Below are positions 1 through 8,948 of a stretch of 64,000 nt of DNA, piece after piece; the stretch's first letter is position 1; each line of letters starts with the position of its first letter. The stretch lies in contig NC_083226.1 in NCBI RefSeq assembly GCF_032191835.1, positions 9,796,001 through 9,860,000 on the forward strand, written 5' to 3'. The notes beneath the pieces are model-generated. The model was given only the letters and a program-made list of their open reading frames with translations. It ran no database searches and was not told the DNA's origin. The DNA is from Heteronotia binoei. Taxonomy: Eukaryota. The translations under genes were made by a program, and so were the position numbers.

Positions 1-460
1 AGATTTAAGAACCAATGACAGTGAAGTAAAATTATCTGGTAGGCAGTGGTTTAGAATGTAAAATGGTGCAATGGCAGAATAGTAAAATTAACAAATTGAG
101 CAAACCTTTGATCTGAGTAGAATGAGTACGTGAAAGGTTTGCTCAGTTTGTTAATTTTACTATTCTGTCATTGCACCATTTTACATTCTAAACCACTGCC
201 TACCAGATAATTTTACTTCACTGTCATTGGTTCTTAATCTGTACCATGTTGCATTCTGGGCCACTGCCTACCAGCTATGTATGGCTCTGCTCAGCTATGT
301 GTGCTTTGCTTACTGTGCTGGATTCCTCGTCTGCTGAAGCGTGCTTAAGAGCACACGAAAGCTTACCTTCTAAATAAAAATGGGTTGGTCTTAAAGGCGC
401 AACTTGACTCCTGCTTTGTTCAACTGCTTCAGACCAACACGGCTGCCTGCCTGGATGTTT
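1..460 (+). mobile_element. Penelope-like element (PLE) terminal-repeat unit in fold-back configuration, with degenerate hammerhead motif
   Basis: 1-~110 and ~131-240 are inverted arms. 328-367 reads CGT-CTGCTGA-stemII-GAAAGCTT. The ...GTTGGTCTTAAAGG...CAGACCAACACGGCTGCC 3' end is shared with copies at 2285-2420 and 25180-25490. Confidence 0.7.
328..367 (+). ncRNA. Minimal type I hammerhead ribozyme motif, degenerate (CUGCUGA core)
   Basis: cgt CTGCTGA a gcgtgc ttaaga gcacac GAAA gc t t acc. Core A6 is changed to C and stems I and II each carry a mismatch. Confidence 0.55.
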
Positions 461-639
461 TTACCAAGAGTTTCTAGCAAGAGTTAGCTGGAACTGGGGA
501 TGAAACAACGAGAGCCTGGTCTAGTGGATCTTTGGGCAGTCTTCTGTCTTGAAGGTTACCTAGGTGGGATCTGACCCAGGCTGGCCCAATCTCACTGGAT
601 CTTGAAAGTTAAACATGGTCCACTTTGGTTAGTACCTGA

Positions 640-770
640 ATGTGGAAGACCATCAAGGAAGTCCAGGGTTGCAATGCAGAGACAGACAATGACAAGCCAC
701 TTCTGAACCTCTCCTGCCTTGAAAACCCTACGGGGTCACCATAAGTCAGCTGTGACTTGATGGCACTTCC
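640..770 (+). mobile_element. 3' part of RTE-tailed squamate SINE/LINE
   Basis: ...gacaagccacttctgaacctctcctgccttgaaaaccctacggggtcaccataagtcagctgtgacttgatggcac resembles RTE-derived squamate SINE tails; recognised from memory only. Confidence 0.4.
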
Positions 771-834
771 CACTGCTTCCACCACAGCTGATTGTGAACT
801 GCAGCACAAGTACAACAACACTGCAAGTCTAGGC

Positions 835-1025
835 CAATGTTCCCTCTAAGCTGTGGAGTGAGCAAAAATTCTACTTTGTGAGCTACTGGCGTTAAAGCTG
901 TGAGTGAGCGACTCGGCTGCTGAATGAATTAATTTGCTCTAGAGGCATTCTTCTTGAGCTAAGACAAAAACGTGTGAGCTGGAAGCTAACAACTGTGAGC
1001 TTGCTCATACTAACTCAACTTAAGG
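835..1025. mobile_element. Partial hAT-type MITE (TGTTCCCTCTAAGCTG terminus)
   Basis: Terminus aatgttccctctaagctg and repeated tgtgagct motifs; the complementary end of the same family is at ~46140-46209 (tttagagggaacact). Confidence 0.45.
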
Positions 1026-1306
1026 GGGGGGGGACACTGGTCTTGGCTGAAGCAGCCTTTTCTGTATGATCCACTCATCTTTTAAGATCGGAGGCAGCAG
1101 AAGAGGGGAGTGATGCTTCAAAAAAAGGCCAGCGCTGTAGAAATCTGTGTAATTATTCCAGGTGGGTCCATCAGAACAGCTTGCAGAATGACCAGGTGCT
1201 TGCTTGTTGCTTGTGATATCGTGCTATAAGTCATGAGCACAATCAGTGGATCTTCAGGCACATCTAACCTATGGTTTGTAGGTGTAACGCAAACCTCCCG
1301 AAGACA

Positions 1307-2176
1307 TAGGCTTCCCAAATCCCCCACCTGGGCGGGGGACCCCCGATTTGGAGCCTCCTCCCCCCGCTCGCAAAAAATCCAGAAAGCGGGGGGGAATGGC
1401 GGCCCTTCCCACGCAGCCTAGATCCCAGCAGCTTCTCCTCTCCCCTTCCCACCATCCCCAATGCTTCTCCTCCTCCCTTCCCTTCTCACCTCGGATCGCA
1501 GCAGCTTCTCCTTGCACCTCCCCTTCCCACCCCAGCTCCCATCGCAGCCCCTGGAGCTTTCCCAGGCTGCTTCCTGCCCCGCCCCAAAGGACCATGTGCC
1601 TTTGCACCTCCGGAGGTGGTGAAAGGCTTCAACTTTCTGTGTCTGTGTCTTTGTTGCTGTGAAGAAGCTGGCTTGTGAGTAGAAAGGCCAATCCCCTACA
1701 TCAGATTTGCAAGAAGGGGGGGGGGGGCAGTGTGTGTGGAGGAGAGGGAAACGTCTTCATTATTCCCTATGTGGAGATCGTTTCTCATAGGGTATAATGG
1801 GGAATTGATCTGGAGGTTTTGGGGGCTCTGGGGGAGCTATTTTTTGAGGTAGAGGCACCAAACTTTCAATATGGTATCTAGTGCCTCTCCCCAAAATACC
1901 CTCCAAGTTTCAAAACGATTGGACCAGGGGGTCCAGTTCTATGAGCCCCCCAAAAAGGTGCCCCTATCCTTCATTATTTCCTATGGAAGAAAGACATTTA
2001 AAAAGGTGCGCTGTCCCTTTAAATGTGATGGCCAGAACTCCCTTGGAGTTCAATTATGCTTGTTACACCCTTGTGTCCTGGCTCCGCACCCAATGTCTCC
2101 TAGCTCCACCCCCAAAGTCTCCTGGCTCCACCCCCAAAGTCCCCAGATATTTCTTGAATTGGACTTGGCAACCCTA
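1307..2176. mobile_element. hAT-type non-autonomous element, TAGGGTTGCCAA family (older copy)
   Basis: Degenerate TIRs taggcttcccaa (1307) and ttggcaacccta (2165-2176); body is the reverse complement of 25956-26462. Confidence 0.7.
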
Positions 2177-2284
2177 CAAAAGACACCAGCAGGCTGCGGT
2201 GCTTTCTCTTCCACCGGAAGAGGAAACCCTGACTCCACTAAACCCCAGTAGTTCTCACCAGACAAACATTAAGAATAGATCCAA

Positions 2285-3093
2285 ATAGGCAGCCGTGTTT
2301 GTCTGAGGTAGTAGAACAAAACAGGAGTGAATTGCACCTTTAAGACCAACTTAGTTTTATTCAACTTAGTTTTATTCAGAACGTAAGCTTTCATGTGCAC
2401 GCACACTTCTTCAGAGGGAGGAATGAGGTACAGTAAGCAGAGCCACATATAGCTGGTGGGGTTTGGAATGCCAAGTGGCACAAACTTAAAAACCATAGCA
2501 GAATAGTAAAATTAACAAATTCAGAAAACCTTTGATCTGGGTTGCATTAGTGTGGGAAACCATAAAACAGTAACATGTCAGAATGTGAGAATGCCTGTTA
2601 ATTATTCTATTGCTAATAAACCTGGGCCAAAAAAGAAGGCATTTCTTTCCCAGAAGTTTTTCCTATCCAACTAATTTGCCTTTTAACATGGAACATAAAT
2701 ATATACATCATTCTAGTTTGCCATTAGGAAAAATACATTAAAATATAGTAGAAGATGGGTTTAATATATGTAATGAGATAAACAGTCAATGTCCCTAGTT
2801 TGAATATATCAATACAAAAGCATTATTCTGTTACACTATCCTAAAAGAGAAATACACTGGAATACTGTGGATATATTGCCCTACTTGGTGAACAAACAAA
2901 CATCTCTGTTCAGTCCTGGGGAGGCGTTTGTTCCAAGTTTCATAATAGTTTGTAATTCAGCAGTTCCCCTCTCCATTCTGTTCTTGAAGTTCTGAGAGTG
3001 GGTTTAGCATCTGTAATGAGATTAAAAAAACCAATATCCCTGTTCAGTCCTGGGGAGGTGTTTGTTCCAAGTTTCATAATAGTTTGTAATGAC
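2285..3093 (-). mobile_element. Penelope-like element 3' region: GIY-YIG C-terminal tail (partly tandem-duplicated) plus hammerhead-bearing terminal repeat
   Basis: Minus strand of ~2900-2980 translates to FKNRMERGTAELQTIMKLGTNASPGLNRD. 2911-2958 is repeated at 3043-3090. Hammerhead motif at 2382-2417. Confidence 0.65.
2382..2417 (-). ncRNA. Minimal type I hammerhead ribozyme motif (core intact, stem I mismatch)
   Basis: Minus strand: cct CTGAAGA a gtgtgc gt gcacat GAAA gc t t acg. Confidence 0.6.
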
Positions 3094-4170
3094 TAGGGTT
3101 GCCAAGTCCAATTTAAGAAATACCTGGGAACTTTGGGGGTGGAGCCAGGAGACATTAGGGGTGGAGCAAAGATCAAGGTTGTGACAAGTATAATTGAACT
3201 CCAAGGGAGTTCTGGCCATCACATTTAAAGGGACAGCACACCTTTTTAAATGCCTTTCTTCCATAGGAAATAATTAAGGATAGGGGCACCATCTTTTGGG
3301 GCTCATAGAATTGGACCCTCTGGTCCAATCGTTTTGAAACTTGGGAGGTATTTTGGGGGAGAGGCACTAGATGCTATACTAAAAATTTGGTGCCTCTACC
3401 TCAAAAAATAGCCCCCCCCCAGAGCCCCCAATACCCACGGATCAATTCCCTATTATTCCCTATGGGAATCGTTTTCCATAGGTAATAATCGAGTGCCCAG
3501 TAGTCATTTCCCTCCCCCCACGCTTTCTAAAGGGGGGGAGAGCCTCCAAACCAGGGAATCCCCTGCCCCCTCCCTCTCTCTCACACACAAATACTTACTA
3601 GATCTTCTTCCTGCAGAACTCTACTTGCTGTGAAAATGAAAGCAAAAGAAAGGGAGGGGCTGTTCTCCATGGAAACTATTACTGACCCTTTCCAATGAAG
3701 CCCTTCCTGTTTCCTGCGCAGCCTTAAAGGGCACACATTTTACAAATGGATCAGGAGCTCTACAACTACATGCTGCCTACACGCATGTTCTCTCTCCCCC
3801 ACCCCCGCTTCTGGATTCTTGAAGAGCAGGGGAGGAGGCTGCAAATTCGAGGCACCTTGTTTTGGGGCTCATAAAATTGGACCCCCTGGTCCAATCTTTC
3901 TGAAACTTGGGGAGTATTTTGGGGAGAGGCACCAGATGTTATACTGAAAATTTGGTGCCTCTACCCCAAAAAACAGCCCCCCCCCAGAGCCCCAGATACC
4001 TGTGGATCTATTCTTCATGATTTTCTATGGGAATAAATCTCCATAGGGAATAATAGAGTTCCCAGCAGACATTTCCCTCCCCTCCCCCATCTTTCTGACG
4101 ACCCTGAAGCGGGGGGAGGGTCTCCAAACCAGGGGGATCCCCTGCCCCCACCTTGGGATTGTCAACCCTA
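3094..4170. mobile_element. Composite hAT-type non-autonomous element, TAGGGTTGCCAA family
   Basis: TIRs tagggttgccaa (3094) and ttgtcaacccta (ends 4170); internal segment repeated twice; no clear TSD. Confidence 0.7.
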
Positions 4171-4173
4171 ACC

Positions 4174-4520
4174 CAGGGGTCATTTTGTAGAAAAATGGGT
4201 AGTGGAGATCATCCAGGGATTGTTATGCAGCTGCACATGCTATTAAATGGATAAGGAGGTGGAGCTCTCAGAAAGGTTCAGGAGCGGTGCTCCTGTAAGC
4301 TCCCACTGAATCTGAGGCCTACCTAGACCTATGCCTTTGCCTGGGGCTCTCCCCACATGGCTTCAAATAGAAAAATAATTATTTGTATTAATTTTGCTGG
4401 CCTGAATTGTTCTCCCTTGGCGGAGCACTGGTTTTTTTAAGTTGATAATTTTTAATGGCCCACGGATGATGTTATAAATATCCATATGGCCCTTGTCAGA
4501 AAAAAGGTTCCCCACCCCTG
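4174..4520. mobile_element. Nested short hAT-type MITE fragments
   Basis: caggggtcattttgtagaaaa terminus at 4174; ggttccccacccctg terminus at ~4507-4520. Confidence 0.45.
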
Positions 4521-4524
4521 TTTT

Positions 4525-4615
4525 AGGGGGAAGGCATTTGTGAGTTTCTGGCATTGCGCAGGGGGTTGGACTATATGACCCTGGAGGTCCCTTCCAACTC
4601 TAGGATTCCATGATC
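4525..4615 (+). mobile_element. CR1 LINE 3' end
   Basis: gggggttggactatatgaccctggaggtcccttccaactctaggattccatgat matches the CR1 3' UTR and ATTCTRTG tail. Confidence 0.75.
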
Positions 4616-4865
4616 TGAAATGATGGCACCCCTATAAAGTCTCTATCATTCTTAAAATTCATGTTATTGACTTTCTGTTCTTAGCAGGCCAAGGGGAAAT
4701 AAGGCCATCCATGAGAAGCACCTGGTTAGATTCAGAAGAGCTCATGTTAGTCGAACACCCATGAGCTACAGAAGCTCCCTAATTAATACACAGCTTTGAG
4801 AAAGGCAGACTTCACGCTTGAAATCACTAACAGCACCAAATGTTTTTTGGTTTTGCTGCACTGTT

Positions 4866-6258
4866 GTTTCTAAAGACAATATAAGGCAGAACTTTCTCCC
4901 TCAATGAGTAATTTCCAGACAACTTCAGTGTTAAGTATTGTTTGCATGTTATTAATTGTCACTCTCAGAAATTTGTAAGAGTGTAATGATTTCATTCCAG
5001 ATTCAACATAAATGGAACAAGAAAATCAAAGCATGGTGACGGAATTCATCCTCATTGGATTTTCCAGCTTCCCAGATCTGCAGATCCCTCTGTTTGTGGT
5101 GTTCACCATTATGTACTTTACTATTTTGACAGGGAATATTATCATTATCACCACAGTAAGGCATGAATCCAGCCTTCATATCCCCATGTACTTCTTCCTT
5201 GCCATTCTCTCCAGTTCAGAAATCTGCTATACACTCATCATTATCCCCAATATGCTCGCAAATCTTCTAAGAGAAAAGGGAACTATTTCATTTGTTGGTT
5301 GTGCTACTCAGATGTCTATGTTCCTCGGCTTTGGCTGTACAAACTGCATGCTTCTGACAGTGATGGGGTATGATCGGTACGTGTCCATATGTAAACCTTT
5401 ACGTTATCCAGTTCTGATGAATCAGGGACTCTGTACTAAACTGGTTGTCATTTCAGCATCAACAGGTTTTCTTTGTTCTACGCTTGAGACCATTATTATA
5501 TTTACCTTGCCATTCTGTGGGCCAAATAAAATCCATCACTTCTTTTGTGATTTAGCACCGTTGCTTGAGTTGGCTTGTGGCCGAAATTATATAGGGGAAA
5601 TTGTTATTTTTCTTATTTGTTTTCTGGTGGTGTTTTGCTCGTTCCTTCTCATCCTTTTGTCATATCTTTTAATTTTAAACACAATCCTGAAAATCCCCAC
5701 CACAGATGGGAAGCGCAAGGCTTTTTCGACTTGCGCTTCCCATCTGATTGTGGTGGTTGTGCACTTTGGATGTGCTTCCATTATTTACCTGCGGCCCCAA
5801 TCCAGGTACACTTTGAATGAGGACACCTTGATCTCTGTCACATACACCCTGGTGACTCCGTTGCTGAATCCTGTTGTTTACAGCCTGAGGAACAAGGATG
5901 TCCAAGTGGCACTCCGGAAATTCCTGGGCAGAAGGGCTTATGGTGGATGAAACAGGCTTGCCATGAATTGTACGTTAGGGGGAAACAATGAATTATCATC
6001 CTGAAGAAAAGCCATGAGCTCAGTTAACATTTTTTTACTGTATGGAGCAATAATTTTACTTGCTATTTAGCCTCTTTCCCAAATCCATCTTCTAATTAAT
6101 TATGAAAATATATTTTCCTAATATCCATCCTCCAGTTGAAACATCTTATTTTCTTCTTACTTAACGTAGGAAAACAAATTGGATATTCTATCTAATAACT
6201 GAAATTGTAACTGTGAAGTGCCAAAGACAACTTTTTTTTTTTTTAATCCTGACAATAA
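4866..6258 (+). repeat. Segmental duplication unit shared with 14676-16100 (OR-a/OR-b with flanks)
   Basis: Homology runs from tttctaaagacaatataag to ttttaatcctgacaataa in both copies, including 5' intron and 3' UTR. Confidence 0.9.
5012..5950 (+). CDS. Olfactory receptor, class II, OR10-family-like (OR-a), 312 aa
   Basis: 7TM OR motifs: N-glycosylation sequon NQS, LHIPMYFFL, MGYDRYVSIC, KAFSTCASHL, PLLNPVVYSLRN. Acceptor ttcattccAG at 4999-5000. Confidence 0.95.
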   Translation: MEQENQSMVTEFILIGFSSFPDLQIPLFVVFTIMYFTILTGNIIIITTVRHESSLHIPMYFFLAILSSSEICYTLIIIPNMLANLLREKGTISFVGCATQMSMFLGFGCTNCMLLTVMGYDRYVSICKPLRYPVLMNQGLCTKLVVISASTGFLCSTLETIIIFTLPFCGPNKIHHFFCDLAPLLELACGRNYIGEIVIFLICFLVVFCSFLLILLSYLLILNTILKIPTTDGKRKAFSTCASHLIVVVVHFGCASIIYLRPQSRYTLNEDTLISVTYTLVTPLLNPVVYSLRNKDVQVALRKFLGRRAYGG

Positions 6259-6784
6259 ATCCAGCTGTCTGATTCACGTGCTTACACAGCCTAGTCTTTG
6301 AATGGTCCAATTAAGCTAGTGGTCATCACATAATTTCTGTATTGTGAATATTTTATCAGAAGGGGACTCTTGGGTTGTTAGACATTATATTGAGTGAGGA
6401 ATCCCAAGTTTATGTTGAAGCCAGAACAATGGAAGATGCTTAATTTCTAATTGTGCACTTCCATGTTGTTTATTCTTTTTGAAGTTCTTCTGTAGAACAG
6501 GGACTCTCACATCTGCAAAGTATATCCAGAATGATCATGATGTTCACCCACTGGTTCTTGAGAAATGCAATTTCTCCTGTAAGATTTGTGTTCCTTGATT
6601 CTGTCACGTAGCAATTGACTCATTTGTTAAAGGTCATCGTTGACAAATGATGGCATATTTTCAATTGGATGATGCATAGGTAACATCAGCACACAAGATT
6701 GTAGCTGATGTTATTGGGTTCCATTACAGTATTGACTATTGTCCGTGGGGACAAAGTTGGCATCTAGATCTCCCCAGGGCCTTT

Positions 6785-7287
6785 TCAGTTCAGTTCAGTT
6801 TATTATTACAGTCATTGACCAGAACATTTTAGTCATCCAGAACAACCTTAAAAGTATCTTATAAAAAGTCTCACGATGAATCTGCACGTTAAAATTTGAT
6901 GACTTGAAGGTTATAACAGTAAAAACGGAATTTAAAAGATTACTGTTTAACCCTTTAAACCATTTTAAAAGGTCATTTACAAATTTGTTAAAAAGTTTAC
7001 AGTTGGCCTATTTGTCTCGCTTTTTGCTTTCTATATAAACATGGGAACAGAACCTAGACACCTGACTTGTTGTTTGATGGTTCCTATCTGACAGAAGATA
7101 ATCTAATTTGAGTTTATTTGATCTGCCAGGGAACCTTTCCAACAGCGGGCTAATAATTGCCCTTTGGCTCACCATATGAAAAGAACAATTAAAAAATATA
7201 TATGCTCCAGAGAATCTCCAGCTGGGAACAGAACCTAAGTACATAAGGAGTCCCTTTATACCTCCCCTCTACTGCTGCAGATGACCC
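6785..7287 (-). mobile_element. Non-LTR retrotransposon 3' end (clade uncertain) with (CTGAA)n tail
   Basis: ttcagttcagttcag tail at 6785. Minus strand encodes SAAVEGRYKGTPYVLRFC...IISPLLERFPGRS...LLSD, a LINE ORF2 C-terminal region. Confidence 0.55.
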
Positions 7288-7467
7288 CAGGGCCGTTTTT
7301 GTAGCAGGAACTCCTTTGCATATTAGGCCATTCACCCCTGATTTAGACAATCCTTCAAGATTCAAGTAGGCCCTGTAAGAAGAGCCCTTTAAGCTCTTGG
7401 GGGATTGGCTACATCAGGGGTGTGTGGCCTAATATGCAAAGGAGTTTCTGCTACAAAAAAGGCCCTG
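7288..7467. mobile_element. Palindromic hAT-type MITE (CAGGG terminus)
   Basis: cagggcc...ggccctg termini; self-complementary body (ctcctttgcatattaggcc / ggcctaatatgcaaaggag); same family as 47780-47951. Confidence 0.8.
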
Positions 7468-7649
7468 GGGTCATCTGCGGCAGTAGAGGGGAGGTATAAA
7501 AGGACTCCTTATGTACTTAGGCTCACCTCAAGGGGCGTTCATGGTGAGCCTCCATTAGCAGACCCTGTCAGGACAAAACATCTATGGCTGAGACTGGCAA
7601 GGTGCTTGTACCCGGTTGCCATGGCTCTGTTTTACTATCTTGCAGGTGG

Positions 7650-8372
7650 AGATAGAATCATAGAGTTGGAAGGGGCCATACAGGCCATCTAGTCCCATTT
7701 CCCGCTTAATGCAGGATCAGCCTAGAGCATATCCAGCAAATGTTCGTCCAGCTACTGCTTAAAGACTGCCAGTGAGGGGGATCTCACCACCTCCCTTGAC
7801 AGCTGATTCCGCTGTTGAACAACTCTTACTGTAAAGAAGTTTTTTCCTAAAATCCAGCCAATGCCTTCCCACCCCTAATTTAAACCTATTATTGCAAGTC
7901 CTTTCCTCTGCCGCCAACAGGAACAGCTCCTTGCCCTCCTTTAAATGACCGCCTTTCAAATATTTGAGGAGAGCAATTATGTCACCCCCTCAGCCTCCTC
8001 TTCTCCAGACTGAACATTCCCAAGCCCCTCAGCCTTTCTTCATAGGGCTTGGGCTCCAGGCTCCTGACCATCCCCCTCGCTCTCTTCTGCACCTGCTTCA
8101 TACTGCCCACATCCTTTTTGAAGTGAGGCCTCCAGAATTGCACACAATGCTCCAGGCGCGGCCTCACCAATGCAATGTACAGCAGGACTGTGACATCTTG
8201 CGATCTGGATGTTATGCCTCTCTTTATACACCCCAACACTGCATTAGCCTTTTTTGCCACTGCATCACACTGGCTGCTCATATTTAACTTGCCATCCACA
8301 CATACCCCAAGATCTTGTTCACACACATTGTGACCCAGAAGTGTATCTCCCATCCAGTATGCCTGTTCCTCA
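7650..8372 (-). mobile_element. CR1 LINE 3' fragment (RT C-terminus and 3' UTR)
   Basis: Minus ORF has LYIALVRPRLEHCVQFWRPHFKKD...EERLRGLGMFSLEKRRLRG; tail agaatcatagag at 7655. Confidence 0.9.
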
Positions 8373-8439
8373 TTTTTGTTAACAATGGAAGACAGACACA
8401 CAAAAGAAAACTGTTTTAAAAAAAAAAAACTACACAAAA

Positions 8440-8657
8440 TTGCAATTAGAAAGAAAGAAACTGAAAGTTCTAGAGACTACTCAGGTTCAAAAAAAACCTA
8501 TTATACCTTAGGCAAAATTATTGGTTCAGGCATCCCAAATCATTAAAACTCCAAGTATGGAAAATTTAAAAAAGAGCAAGCCAACAGGTTTATTACCTCA
8601 CCAAGAGACAGATCAGGGAATATAGTGGTTTCATCAGAAAATATTTTGCAATACTAC
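8440..8657 (+). mobile_element. Old L1/Tx1-like ORF2 fragment, left part (split by the Gypsy insertion; continues 13322-13510)
   Basis: ITSPRDRSGNIVVSSENILQYY continues past the insertion as YYKTLY...LSDTHKQFLDTP and ITLQEVQEAMEHLKGK, which resembles the L1 ORF2 EN-RT linker. Confidence 0.5.
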
Positions 8658-8933
8658 TGTAATGTACTCAGTGACGACACGTGCAGAAGGCAACATACTT
8701 TATTCAAAGGTACATCACAGAACGGGGCAACACGGGCCGGGACCCGCTTTATATACACTCAGCCCGGAACAGCCCCCCAGCTGGCCCAGACCAATCCTGG
8801 CCCGTCAAACTTCCCGCCACAGATCTTAATTGGCGGAGTCCTTTCGCACGCTGCACCGAGTGACCAGGAGATTCCCCCTGGTCGCCTCTGCTGCATGGCC
8901 GCGCGGTGCTTTACTAAAGCACAATACACTACA
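8658..8933 (-). repeat. 3' LTR of Mag-like element
   Basis: 276 bp; 11 differences from 13046-13321 by manual count; preceded on the minus strand by PPT gggggggaggag (8934-8945). Confidence 0.95.
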
Positions 8934-8948
8934 CTCCTCCCCCCCAGG

